Of a stretch of 64,000 nt of DNA, positions 28,119 through 38,091 are shown piece by piece (the stretch's first letter is position 1; each line of letters starts with the position of its first letter). The position numbers and the translations under genes were made by a program. The stretch is from Verrucomicrobiota bacterium (lineage in GTDB: Bacteria; Verrucomicrobiota; Verrucomicrobiia; Opitutales; Seribacteraceae). The notes below the pieces were generated by a model that was not told the DNA's origin, searched no databases, and saw nothing but the letters and a program-made list of their open reading frames with translations. Location: assembly GCA_027622665.1 (NCBI GenBank), contig JAQBYT010000001.1, positions 434,049 through 498,048 of the forward strand. The letters run 5' to 3'.

Positions 28119-29821
28119 GCACTTTGGTGGTCATTGCTTGCTACCTCTGCTTGCTACTGGCGCTTGGTTTCTACAGCAGTCGCCTTTTCCGAGGCACTAG
28201 CAAGGATTATTTCGTCGCCAGTCACAGCATTGGTCCGTTCCTCCTGCTAATGAGTGTATTCGGGACTACGATGACAGCCTTTGCCCTCGTAGGTTCTACG
28301 GGAAAGTCCTTCGAGCGTGGTATTGGTACTTACGGATTGATGGCTTCCATCAGCGGACTTGTCCACGCAGCCGTTTTCTTTATCATCGGTATCCGTCTAT
28401 GGGCATTCGGCAAGAAGTACGGCTATGTGACGCAGATTCAATTCTTTCGAGCACGTTTTGAGTCAGACGGACTCGGCTACCTTCTTTTTCCCATTCTCGT
28501 CCTGCTAGTGGTCCCGTATTTGCTCATCGGGATCATTGGAGCGGGCAAGACGATCGAACCAGTCACCGCAGGCGCCTTCCCGACAATCTTCACAGACCCA
28601 TCCATTCCTGCATGGCTTGGCGGCGTCCCGCCTTGGCTTACGGGTCTCGTTGTATGTGCTGTTGTCCTAGCCTATGTCTTCATGGGCGGTTCCCGCGGGG
28701 CAGCCTATGCGAACACTTTCCAAACCATCGTCTTCATGTTTATGGGTCTGCTCGCGTTTGTATTTATAGTGAAGGCATTGGGTGGCATTGATAACGCCGG
28801 TAAGGTGGCCGCCCGCATCACCGAGGATGGAAAGATCGTGCAGGACTTCCGCTTCGACAAGAAGGCGGGAGCATTGGAAAAAAATGTGCCGCCGAAGCCC
28901 ATCGGTCGGTTGTTGGAATCCGATCGAGCCCAGGAACTCGCTAATGTTCAACCGCACTTCACGCGCACTCCAATCGATGTCGAGTTCAAGAAGAAGAATC
29001 CTGAAACGGGCAAGATTTCTTCCTTCGAGCGCCAACTGGGCATACCCTTCCTGACTTTTCTTAGCTATCTCTTCATTCCTCTCAGTGTGGGCATGTTCCC
29101 CCACCTTTTCCAGCATTGGCTAACGGCCAAGAGCGCCAAGGCTTTTCGCCTTACAGTTATCGCCCACCCGCTCTGCATTATGGTGGTTTGGGCGCCGTGC
29201 GTTCTCATCGGCGCATGGGCCTCGGGTCTGTTGCCGCCGGGAATCCCGCCGCCCGCGGTACTCTCTGCTATGCTTAAATTACTTGTGGGCGACCCCATCC
29301 TGACCGGACTGCTTACTGCGGGAGTTTTGGCGGCCATAATGTCCTCACTGGATTCACAATTCCTTTGCATGGGCACGATCTTCACCAACGACATCGTGCT
29401 TCACCGAGCCGGGAAGGAAAAGTACTCGGACAAGCAAATCATCTTTATCGCTCGCGCATTCATCGTCGGTATTGTGGTCTTAACCTATGTGCTTGCGATG
29501 TGGGCGAAGGACGCCAACGTATTCGATCTCGCGATTTGGTGCTTCAGTGGATTTGCCGCTCTCTTTCCCCTCGTCGTCGCGGCCTTGTACTGGAAACGGG
29601 CCACCAAGGAGGGAGCTTGCTCCGGAATCATCGCTGCGATGGTGGTGTGGCTTTATTATTTCCAGCAATCAGGTTATGGAGGTGAATACGTGGTAGGGCC
29701 GGGCATCGTTCCCGCGGCCATTTGTTTCGTCGCTTCGGCGGTTGCTCTAGTGGCGGTTTCGCTCGTAACCAAACCTCCCTCGAAAGAGACCCTCGACAAG
29801 TTTTTCCCCGATGCGGCCTAG
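28115..29821 (+). CDS. Sodium:solute symporter family protein
   Basis: DYFVASHSIG, many TM segments, LAAIMSSLDSQ, LYWKRATK. Confidence 0.93.
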   Translation: MSTLVVIACYLCLLLALGFYSSRLFRGTSKDYFVASHSIGPFLLLMSVFGTTMTAFALVGSTGKSFERGIGTYGLMASISGLVHAAVFFIIGIRLWAFGKKYGYVTQIQFFRARFESDGLGYLLFPILVLLVVPYLLIGIIGAGKTIEPVTAGAFPTIFTDPSIPAWLGGVPPWLTGLVVCAVVLAYVFMGGSRGAAYANTFQTIVFMFMGLLAFVFIVKALGGIDNAGKVAARITEDGKIVQDFRFDKKAGALEKNVPPKPIGRLLESDRAQELANVQPHFTRTPIDVEFKKKNPETGKISSFERQLGIPFLTFLSYLFIPLSVGMFPHLFQHWLTAKSAKAFRLTVIAHPLCIMVVWAPCVLIGAWASGLLPPGIPPPAVLSAMLKLLVGDPILTGLLTAGVLAAIMSSLDSQFLCMGTIFTNDIVLHRAGKEKYSDKQIIFIARAFIVGIVVLTYVLAMWAKDANVFDLAIWCFSGFAALFPLVVAALYWKRATKEGACSGIIAAMVVWLYYFQQSGYGGEYVVGPGIVPAAICFVASAVALVAVSLVTKPPSKETLDKFFPDAA

Positions 29822-29857
29822 GTTGAGTAACGTCGGATAATCATTTTATTGTTTTTT

Positions 29858-30946
29858 ATGAGCTTGGAAGAAAAAGTTAAACTGGCTGCGGAGGCATTGG
29901 ATGCCCGTGCCGTCGAAATGGTAAAGTGGCACTTCTCGCCTCAAACGGGCTGCAAGTTCTGGCTTGAATGGGCGGATAAGCAGGATTGGAATCCCCTTGA
30001 GGAGATTAAGTCTTTTTCTGACATATCCAACAAGTTTCCGAACTTTCAGGACGAATGGTTGCGTGATCTGCAACCGGAAGTCTGGGTGCCAAAGGAGTAC
30101 GAGGGCATACCCTTCAACATCTTCGAGACGGGCGGTACCACGGGCATGCCCAAGCAGCGTATCGGATGGGATGACTACAAGGTGGACTACAGCGAGTTTT
30201 CCGAAACCCTGACCGACGAGCATTTCCCCAGAAACCATTACTGGATTATGGTCGGCCCTACGGGACCGCGTCGCCTGCGCCTTGCTATTGAGCACCTTGC
30301 AAACGTCCGTGGGTGCTCCTGTTACTTCGTCGACCTCGACCCCCGTTGGGTAAAGCGCCTAATCAAGAACGGGCAGGGCGATCAGGCGAAGGCCTATATG
30401 GAACACGTCGTCGATCAGGCAACCACCATCATGAAGCACCGTGAGGTTAGCGCCGTGTTCACTACACCCAAGTTGCTCGAGGCCATTGCCGAACGCTTCG
30501 AGGCCGAGGGCTCTTCCTTATATGACGCGGGCGTCAGAGGCGTATTCTGCGGTGGCACGACGATGAACCCCCAGTACACCCGCTTTCTTATGGAAGAGCT
30601 GCTCGAGAACAAAATCGGTTTCGTGCCGACCTACGGGAACACGCTCATGGGGCTTGCCAAGCACAAGCCGTTCGAACCCGAGGACAACTTTTCCATCACC
30701 TATCACGCGCCGCAGCCGCGGGCTGTATTGCGGGTGGTCAATCCCGACACCAACGAGCCCGTCGAGTACGATGAGTGGGGTCGGGTGGAACTGACCACCA
30801 TGACCAAGGAATTTTTCATGCCTCGCTTCTTAGAGCGTGACGAAGCCAAGCGACGTCCTCCCATTGACCCTTATCCTTGGGACGGGGTTGCCGAGGTGCG
30901 ACCTTTCGGCGCTATGCAGAAAAAAATTGTCGAAGGCGTATACTAA
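29858..30946 (+). CDS. EhpF/GriC-family adenylating subunit of an arylcarboxylate reductase
   Basis: WHF..TG..FWL, ETGGTTGMPK, PTGP, DLDPRWVK, ERD and terminal EGVY*, as recalled for EhpF/GriC. Confidence 0.85.
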   Translation: MSLEEKVKLAAEALDARAVEMVKWHFSPQTGCKFWLEWADKQDWNPLEEIKSFSDISNKFPNFQDEWLRDLQPEVWVPKEYEGIPFNIFETGGTTGMPKQRIGWDDYKVDYSEFSETLTDEHFPRNHYWIMVGPTGPRRLRLAIEHLANVRGCSCYFVDLDPRWVKRLIKNGQGDQAKAYMEHVVDQATTIMKHREVSAVFTTPKLLEAIAERFEAEGSSLYDAGVRGVFCGGTTMNPQYTRFLMEELLENKIGFVPTYGNTLMGLAKHKPFEPEDNFSITYHAPQPRAVLRVVNPDTNEPVEYDEWGRVELTTMTKEFFMPRFLERDEAKRRPPIDPYPWDGVAEVRPFGAMQKKIVEGVY

Positions 30947-31011
30947 CACCTTTCGGCTGAGACCATTTGCCAACAATCGACAACCGTCGAATTTTCGGAG
31001 AAACCTTAATT

Positions 31012-32451
31012 ATGATAAATATACCCGTTCTTCGCTGGGGGGAACCCTACCAAAGTCTCGATCAAAATGAAGTCGTTCACTTCCGCACGGGCGAGACACT
31101 AGCCAAAGTCGGTCAAGCCAACCCCGGTCTCCTTGCCCGCGACATGCGCAAGGCCCATCGGGCCCGCGAAGTATTGCGCGAAATTCCGATTCCCGAGCTG
31201 GTGGATATGACGAAGAAAGCAGCTGATCTCTTCCTCAAGGCCACCCTGCCTCTTGGAGATGGTGAGCAGTCGCCCGATGATTTCGCGAGGCAGCAGTCCG
31301 CCTCCACCGGGCTGCCCGAGCACATGACCAAGTTCAACATGGAGAAAAATCACTTCGTGCTGACCAATATGGACCAGATTCTCGACGCCCTTACCCGTGG
31401 TTTGGACTTGGACATTCTTTCCCGTGGCTATGGAGTGGAGGCCCGCAAGCCCGACCTGCCACTCAGTTATCAAGCGCAGTCGCCCGTGCTCGGCATGGTT
31501 TTGCCCTCCAATTCTCCCGGCGTTCACACCTTATGGCTTCCCGTCATCCCGATGCAGATCGGTCTTGTTCTCAAGCCCGGCCCGCAGGAACCTTGGACGC
31601 CTTACCGTATGGCGGCGGCTTTCGTGGAGGCCGGCATCCCGAGAGAGTGCATCGGCATCTATCCCGGTGGCGGCGAAATGGGGGCCGAGGTCGTGAACCG
31701 TTGCGGGCGTGTCATGATTTTCGGCAGCGCCCAGACGGTTCAGCACTACTCGGGTAACGCCAACGTACAGGTGCACGGTCCAGGCTACAGCAAGATTCTT
31801 CTGGGTGACGACCTCGTCGATCAATGGGAGGATCACATCGACTTGATGGTCGACAGCATTTACAAGAACAGTGGTCGCGGATGCATCAACTGTTCGGGCA
31901 TCTGGGCTTCGCGTCATACCAAGGAAATCGCAGAGGCCATTGCCGAACGTATCGGTCCCATCGAGGTTAAGGATCCCGAAGATCCCGAGGCGGGTCTCGC
32001 CGCCTTTACCGTGGATGGACAAGCCGAGGCTATTTGGGGGATGATCGAGGAAGGCTGCTCCGAGGATGGAGTCACCCACGTTACCGCGAAGCATGGTGAC
32101 CGGCTCGAGAGCATGGAGCGCTGCGCTTATATTCGTCCGACCATCCTCCACTGTGATTCGCCTGATCGCAAGATGGCCAATACCGAGTACATGTATCCTT
32201 TTGCTTCCGTGGTTGAGTGTCCGCAGGAACAGATGCTCGAAAAGATTGGGCACACTTTGGTGGTCTCCGCCATTACCGAGGACGAAGCATGGGCCGCCCA
32301 GCTTGCCGACGCCACAAACGTCGATCGCCTCAACATTGGTCCTTTGCCAACCATCGCCCTCAATTGGCTCCAACCTCACGAGGGGAATCTCGTCGACTTC
32401 CTTTTCCGAGCCCGAGCCTACCAGACAACGCCCGCTCGAATGGGGACTTGA
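31012..32451 (+). CDS. GriD/EhpG-type aldehyde dehydrogenase-fold reductase subunit
   Basis: PSNSPGVH, LKPG..EPWT, HGPGYSK, GRGCINCS catalytic Cys, PHEG; directly follows the GriC-like gene. Confidence 0.85.
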   Translation: MINIPVLRWGEPYQSLDQNEVVHFRTGETLAKVGQANPGLLARDMRKAHRAREVLREIPIPELVDMTKKAADLFLKATLPLGDGEQSPDDFARQQSASTGLPEHMTKFNMEKNHFVLTNMDQILDALTRGLDLDILSRGYGVEARKPDLPLSYQAQSPVLGMVLPSNSPGVHTLWLPVIPMQIGLVLKPGPQEPWTPYRMAAAFVEAGIPRECIGIYPGGGEMGAEVVNRCGRVMIFGSAQTVQHYSGNANVQVHGPGYSKILLGDDLVDQWEDHIDLMVDSIYKNSGRGCINCSGIWASRHTKEIAEAIAERIGPIEVKDPEDPEAGLAAFTVDGQAEAIWGMIEEGCSEDGVTHVTAKHGDRLESMERCAYIRPTILHCDSPDRKMANTEYMYPFASVVECPQEQMLEKIGHTLVVSAITEDEAWAAQLADATNVDRLNIGPLPTIALNWLQPHEGNLVDFLFRARAYQTTPARMGT

Positions 32452-32477
32452 AGGGGCGTAACGAGAAGGAAGAGATT

Positions 32478-33716
32478 ATGACGACACCCGGCTTGACCGA
32501 ACTCGATTCCTTCGTTCGTCTGGAAGAACATCCCGACATACGAGTGCTTTTCGGATCCGGGACGCTCAAGTGTCTCGGCGAAGAAGCGGCCAAGATTGGC
32601 AAGCGGGTTTTGCTTGTGACTGATGCCGGCATCGTTCGGGCGGGACATGCCGCCACTGCCCAAGCCTCGCTTGAGGGGGCGGGCATGAAAGTGACTTCTT
32701 TCGATAAATCCATCGAGAATCCAACCAGTTCTTGCGTTGACGCCTGCGTGGCCGTTGCGAAGGAAGCGGAGGTGGATGTTATCGTGGGTCTTGGCGGCGG
32801 AAGCTCCATGGATACCGCAAAGGGCTGCAACTTCGTCCTTACGAATGGAGGAACGATGAAAGACTTCTGGGGTGTAGGGAAGGCTTCTTTGCCGATGCTT
32901 CCTCTCATTGCCGTGCCCACCACTGCAGGGACGGGGAGCGAATGCCAATCCTTTGCCCTTATTTCCGACGATGAGACCCACAGCAAGATGGCTTGCGGCG
33001 ACAAGAAGACCCTGCCCAAGGTTGCCATTCTTGACCCCGATCTTACTGTTTCGCAACCTGTTCAGGTTACTGCTTGCACGGGTATCGATGCCTTGGCTCA
33101 CGCCCTCGAAGCTGCCGTAACGCGCGATCGTAGCGAAATCTCCTCCCGCCATGCCCGCCTCGCCTTTCTTCTCGTGCAGGACAATTTGGAAAAAGTTTTT
33201 GCCGCACCTCTCGACATAGAGGCCAGAGGCTTTGTGCAACTTGGTGCATCACACGCCGGTGCCGCTATTGAAAGCAGCATGCTGGGCGCGGCCCACTCGA
33301 TGGCCAATCCCCTGACGGCTCGACAAGGAGTTGGTCACGGCAACGCGGTGGGCATTTGCCTACCTCCGGTTATGCGCTTTAATGCGGAGCTCCCGGAGGT
33401 CCGTTCGATCTATGCCGGCTTGGCTCGTGACGCAGGACTTGCAGGAGCTGAGACAGACGATGCATCCGCCACCAAAGCCGTTATTGATCAGGTGGAAAAA
33501 TTGTTGAGGTTGTCCGACTTCCCGCTCACTTTGCAGCAATACGGCTTTTCCCTGGAGGAGGTTGCGGGATTGGCTGAAGAGGCATTCGGGCAATGGACTG
33601 CAGGCTTCAACCCTCGGCCGGTATCCGGTCAAGACTTTGCAAAACTTTATGCTTCGCTCTTTGCGGGAGCAACTTTCGCAGAGGTTGAATTCGAGGCATC
33701 CTCTATACAGGCATGA
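32478..33716 (+). CDS. Iron-containing alcohol dehydrogenase
   Basis: GGGSSMDTAK, PTTAGTGSE, DALAHALE, AHSMA, HGNA. Confidence 0.92.
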   Translation: MTTPGLTELDSFVRLEEHPDIRVLFGSGTLKCLGEEAAKIGKRVLLVTDAGIVRAGHAATAQASLEGAGMKVTSFDKSIENPTSSCVDACVAVAKEAEVDVIVGLGGGSSMDTAKGCNFVLTNGGTMKDFWGVGKASLPMLPLIAVPTTAGTGSECQSFALISDDETHSKMACGDKKTLPKVAILDPDLTVSQPVQVTACTGIDALAHALEAAVTRDRSEISSRHARLAFLLVQDNLEKVFAAPLDIEARGFVQLGASHAGAAIESSMLGAAHSMANPLTARQGVGHGNAVGICLPPVMRFNAELPEVRSIYAGLARDAGLAGAETDDASATKAVIDQVEKLLRLSDFPLTLQQYGFSLEEVAGLAEEAFGQWTAGFNPRPVSGQDFAKLYASLFAGATFAEVEFEASSIQA

Positions 33717-34858
33717 GGTTTTGGAAGACGGTTTGTTTCTCGTTTGTCGCACAGATATTCATCACCTGTGATTACGGTGCTGGAACTGCATTTGGAAAAG
33801 ATGCGGATTGGCCTCAGCATCGAGGAGGACAGGATCTGCGTGGCCTTGCTTCCGGCAAGCTGGGCGAGAAGTTGAAACTGCTTTGGGCTTTCGAGACGGG
33901 CGATTTCACGAAATCTTCCGCCGTGGTCAAGGATGGTCTCGTGTTCATTGGTTCCGACTCGAAAAAACTTCATGCGATCGACCTGAAAACAGGCAAGGAA
34001 ACTTGGAATTATGAAACCGGACTGTCCATTGAGGCGGCCCCGTTAGTTGTCGGCGACGTCGTGTATATCGGTTCCACCGATGGGTTCCTTTACGCATTGA
34101 AGGCAAAAACCGGAAAACTTCTCTGGAAATACGAAACCGAGGGCGAAATCATGGGTGCCGGAAACCGAGCCATTCGCCCAAAGTCGAAGGACGATGTAAT
34201 CGTGATCGGCAGCTATGACAATTATGTCCATTGCGTAAATGCTAAGAGCGGCAAACTCCTCTGGAAATTTGAGACGAACAACTACGTTAATGGTGTTCCC
34301 TCCATTCTCGATGGCGACAAGGTCGTCTTTGGCGGATGCGACGCGGTGCTTTACGTCGTCGGACTGGAGGACGGCAAATTGGTTCGTTCGGTAGAGGTGG
34401 CAGCTCCCATCGCGGCTACTGTGGCGATTGCCGACGGCATCGGCTACGTAGGCAACATGGACAATGCGGTTACGGGTTTCGACCTTAAGACCGGAGACGT
34501 AGTTTGGACCTATCGCGGCAAAAATTTTCCTTACTACTCTTCACCGGCCGTTACCGAAACGCATTGTCTCATAGGCGGCCGAGACAAGGGCTTGCATTGC
34601 ATCGACCGGGTAACCGGCAAGGCCGCGTGGCGATTTGCTTCACGGGGTCGTATCGACAGCTCTCCCGTCGCTTGCGGCGATAAAGTGATATTCGGGACAA
34701 TGGACGGAAAAGTCTATCTCGCATCCCTAAAGGACGGCAAGGAGATCGCTTCCTACGAAATTGGCGAATCTATATCATCCACTCCCGCGGTAGTGGGCAC
34801 TAAGGTTATCTTTGGCTGCGAGGACGGAAACGTCTACGCCTTTGAAACCAAACCCTGA
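33713..34858 (+). CDS. PQQ-like (BamB-like) beta-propeller protein
   Basis: DWPQHRG and about 8 blades of SSP..V..GS.D..LHA....TG..W; 4-nt overlap with the ADH gene. Confidence 0.9.
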   Translation: MRFWKTVCFSFVAQIFITCDYGAGTAFGKDADWPQHRGGQDLRGLASGKLGEKLKLLWAFETGDFTKSSAVVKDGLVFIGSDSKKLHAIDLKTGKETWNYETGLSIEAAPLVVGDVVYIGSTDGFLYALKAKTGKLLWKYETEGEIMGAGNRAIRPKSKDDVIVIGSYDNYVHCVNAKSGKLLWKFETNNYVNGVPSILDGDKVVFGGCDAVLYVVGLEDGKLVRSVEVAAPIAATVAIADGIGYVGNMDNAVTGFDLKTGDVVWTYRGKNFPYYSSPAVTETHCLIGGRDKGLHCIDRVTGKAAWRFASRGRIDSSPVACGDKVIFGTMDGKVYLASLKDGKEIASYEIGESISSTPAVVGTKVIFGCEDGNVYAFETKP

Positions 34859-34878
34859 CAAGTAAAGGAAGCCGACCC

Positions 34879-36216
34879 ATGAGCGAAGACACTTTTGTAA
34901 AACCCGACGTCGAGACCAAGGACGACACCAAGGCGGGAAATTATTTCGTCTCGAACTACCCGCCATTTTCCTTTTGGGGCGAGGAGGACGCCCCGTGCGT
35001 TGAGAGCCTCCTGAACAGTCCTGAACCCGGCGACGCCCCCCTAGGTCTCTACTACCATGTGCCTTTTTGTCGGAAGCGCTGCCACTTTTGTTACTTCCGG
35101 GTCTATACCGACAAGAACTCCTCCGATATTCGCCGCTACCTATCGGCCACGATGCAGGAGCTTCGTCAATACGCCGAACGCCCATACATTTCGGGCCGTA
35201 AACCCAAGTACGTCTATTTCGGTGGAGGTACCCCTTCCTTTCTCTCGGCCCAACAACTCACGGAGCTGACCGACGAGATGAAGGCGATTATGCCTTGGGA
35301 CGAGACGGAAGAAGTCACTTTCGAGTGCGAACCCGGAACGCTCACCGAAAAGAAATTGGAGGTTATCAAGAATTTCGGGGTCACTCGCCTTAGCTTGGGA
35401 ATCGAAAATTTCAGCGACCACGTTCTGGACATTAATGGACGCGCGCATCGTTCCCCTGAGGTTTTTCGCACCTATGAGTTCGCTCGTGGTCTCGGCTTCG
35501 ACAACATCAACGTCGATCTCATTGCCGGCATGCTCGACGAGACCGATGAAAACTGGGTGGACAGCGTGGGCAAGGTTATCGACCTCTCGCCCGATTGCGT
35601 AACCATCTACCAGATGGAAATCCCCTTCAACACGACCATTTACAAGACCATGAAGGAAGGGGGCAAGTTAGCCGCCCCCGTGGCCGACTGGCCCACCAAG
35701 CGCCGATGGGCGGACTACGCATTCAGCGAGTTGGAGAACGCCGGTTACACCGTGACCAGCGCCTACACGGCGGTCAAGGATCCCGAGGCCACCAAGTTCG
35801 TATATCGCGACCGCTTGTGGACCGGTGCCGACATGGTCTCCCTTGGAGTCGCTTCCTTCGGGTACCTTGGCGGCATTCACTACCAAAACCTCATCCACAT
35901 CGACGACTACATCAAAAAAGTCGAGGAGGGTGGGGCGCCCGTCCGCAGGGCGTTGCTTACCACCGAGGAAGAGCGTTTTCTTCGCGAGCTCATCTTGCAG
36001 TTCAAGTTGGGCCGAGTGAACCTTGGGTATTTTCGCGACAAGTTTGGGGAGAAGGTGGAGGAACGCTTCAGCGAGATTCTCGCCGACCTCGAACAATTAG
36101 GCGATATCTCTCGCGAGGGTGATGAGCTTGTGCTCACTCGCGAAGCATTGCTTCGGGTGGATTCCATGCTTCATCGCTTTTTTCTGCCGAAACATCGCGA
36201 TTCCCGATACGTCTAG
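34879..36216 (+). CDS. HemN-like (class C-type) radical SAM enzyme
   Basis: YYHVPFCRKRCHFCYF (CX3CX2C), YFGGGTPS, RLSLG, NVDLIAG, HemN-type C-terminal domain. Confidence 0.9.
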   Translation: MSEDTFVKPDVETKDDTKAGNYFVSNYPPFSFWGEEDAPCVESLLNSPEPGDAPLGLYYHVPFCRKRCHFCYFRVYTDKNSSDIRRYLSATMQELRQYAERPYISGRKPKYVYFGGGTPSFLSAQQLTELTDEMKAIMPWDETEEVTFECEPGTLTEKKLEVIKNFGVTRLSLGIENFSDHVLDINGRAHRSPEVFRTYEFARGLGFDNINVDLIAGMLDETDENWVDSVGKVIDLSPDCVTIYQMEIPFNTTIYKTMKEGGKLAAPVADWPTKRRWADYAFSELENAGYTVTSAYTAVKDPEATKFVYRDRLWTGADMVSLGVASFGYLGGIHYQNLIHIDDYIKKVEEGGAPVRRALLTTEEERFLRELILQFKLGRVNLGYFRDKFGEKVEERFSEILADLEQLGDISREGDELVLTREALLRVDSMLHRFFLPKHRDSRYV

Positions 36217-36222
36217 TTCGCC

Positions 36223-36795
36223 ATGGCTGCCCAATCGACAGCTGTTCATCCGGACGTGCTCTACCCGCTCAGCATGTTTCGGCTTACTCGAGGCATACCC
36301 AAACTAAAATACGAGAGCATCGAGGGTGGCGACGTTCCACTGCCTTATCTCGATTTACTTGTGCATCGCGGAGACATGACCTCGCGACTGGAAGAGTTTC
36401 ACGGTGGCCCCATCAAGGTACGCAAGCTCTCCTCCTCTAGCGATGGTCGAGCCTATTTTCGGGAAGTAGTCCTTAATACCGTAGCCGAGGCAAAGGCCGT
36501 TGAGTACGGAGCCATTGAGATCGATCTGGTCAATCTCCCCGAGGAAATTCGTGAGGAAATATTAGCTGCAGAGCGCCCTCTCGGCGGCATCCTGAACGAT
36601 CATCGACTTTCCTATTCCAGCGACCCTCGGGCTTTTCTCAAGGTGAGCGCCGATGCTGCGATCAGGGAAGCTCTCGGGCTGGATGAGAGCGCAGACGTTC
36701 TCTATGGTCGAAGCAACGCGATCACCGGGTTCAACGGCGAAAGCTATGCTAGGATCGTTGAGATCTTGCCTCCCGCTCCCGTCTCGGGCGGTTGA
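36223..36795 (+). CDS. Chorismate pyruvate-lyase-like (UbiC/DUF98 fold) protein
   Basis: GDMTSRLE, REVVL, PLGGIL, LYGR, terminal IVEILP. Confidence 0.7.
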   Translation: MAAQSTAVHPDVLYPLSMFRLTRGIPKLKYESIEGGDVPLPYLDLLVHRGDMTSRLEEFHGGPIKVRKLSSSSDGRAYFREVVLNTVAEAKAVEYGAIEIDLVNLPEEIREEILAAERPLGGILNDHRLSYSSDPRAFLKVSADAAIREALGLDESADVLYGRSNAITGFNGESYARIVEILPPAPVSGG

Positions 36796-36825
36796 AAATT
36801 CGGCTCCCGCGCATTCAATGGTCAT

Positions 36826-38091
36826 ATGATTTCTTTTAAAGATAAGTATGATGCAATCGTCATTGGGGCCGGTCCCGCCGGTTCTACGACCGGGGCGTTA
36901 CTGGCCGAAAAGGCGCACGACGTATTGATCGTGGAAAAAGAAAAGTTCCCACGCTACCACGTCGGGGAATCGCTCATGCCGTTCTGCTACTTTTCCCTGG
37001 AGAGACTCGGCTTGATCGAAAAGCTTCACCATTCGGAAAATCCACGCAAATTCTGCGTCCAGTTCGTTCGCCAAAACGGGTCTGTTTCCCAACCGTTCTA
37101 CTTTTTTCAGCACATGGACCATCCATCTTCCACCACATGGCAGGTGTGGCGATCCGAGTTCGACGAGATGCTTCTCGACAAGGCACGGGAAAACGGAGCT
37201 TCCGTTCTCGAGGAAACCAAAGCCAAGGCCTTGCTCAAGGACGATGGTCGCGTGGTCGGCGTTCGCGCTCAATCCTCGGAATTCGGTGAGCTAGAGCTCC
37301 ATGCTCCTCTCGTAGTCGACGCATCCGGCAGGGATTGCTTCGCCGCCATTCGCGAGCAATGGATGGAGCGTGATCCCAAGCTCAAGAAAATTGCGATCTG
37401 GACCTATTTCAAGGGCGCCATGCGAGATCCCGGTCTCGACGAAGGCGCCACTACCGTGGCTTATCTTCCCAACAAAGGCTGGTTTTGGTATATTCCCCTG
37501 AGCGGCGACATGGTCAGCGTCGGAATCGTGGCCGAGCACGACTACCTTTTCGACGGGTCCACCAAGGACCTCCCGGAAATTTTCAATCGCGAATTGAAGA
37601 ACAACCGCTGGATCGAGGAACACCTCTCCCAAGGAGAGCAAGAAGGCGAATATCGCGTTACCGGTGAATTCTCATATCGCAACAAATTCTGCGCGATAGA
37701 TGGTCTCGTCCTCGCGGGCGACGCCCTCGGCTTTCTGGACCCCGTTTTCTCCTCCGGCGTTTTCTTGGCCCTTAAGAGTGGGGTCATGCTTGCCGATGCC
37801 GCCGACCTCGCCTTGAGAAAAGGCGATCTTTCCGCCGCCACTTTCGAGCAGTACGGCAAGAGCATGCGGGATTCCATCGAGACCATGCGCAAGATCGTCT
37901 ACGCCTTCTACGACGAAGGTTTTAGCTTCAAGGATTTGGTTATGAAAGGCGACGACATGCGATCAGACCTCACCGACTGTCTCGTCGGCAACGTAGACGA
38001 TAACGATTTCGCAAGTCTCTTCGCCGCCATGAGCAAATTGGCCGAGCTGCCCGAACCCATTGAGCACGGCTTGGCCAAGGTAGAACCATGA
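36826..38091 (+). CDS. Flavin-dependent halogenase-like FAD oxidoreductase
   Basis: GAGPAG, FPRYHVGES, Lys in NPRKF, DASG, GWFWYIP (WxWxIP), GDALGFLDPVFSSGV. Confidence 0.85.
   Translation: MISFKDKYDAIVIGAGPAGSTTGALLAEKAHDVLIVEKEKFPRYHVGESLMPFCYFSLERLGLIEKLHHSENPRKFCVQFVRQNGSVSQPFYFFQHMDHPSSTTWQVWRSEFDEMLLDKARENGASVLEETKAKALLKDDGRVVGVRAQSSEFGELELHAPLVVDASGRDCFAAIREQWMERDPKLKKIAIWTYFKGAMRDPGLDEGATTVAYLPNKGWFWYIPLSGDMVSVGIVAEHDYLFDGSTKDLPEIFNRELKNNRWIEEHLSQGEQEGEYRVTGEFSYRNKFCAIDGLVLAGDALGFLDPVFSSGVFLALKSGVMLADAADLALRKGDLSAATFEQYGKSMRDSIETMRKIVYAFYDEGFSFKDLVMKGDDMRSDLTDCLVGNVDDNDFASLFAAMSKLAELPEPIEHGLAKVEP

Noticed and set aside
29858..32451. Bioluminescence luxE/luxC
   Set aside because: No luxAB, and the motifs fit the EhpF/GriC and GriD branch better
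34879..36216. Calling this gene hemN or hemW
   Set aside because: No heme genes nearby and the context is small-molecule tailoring; only the family is supportable
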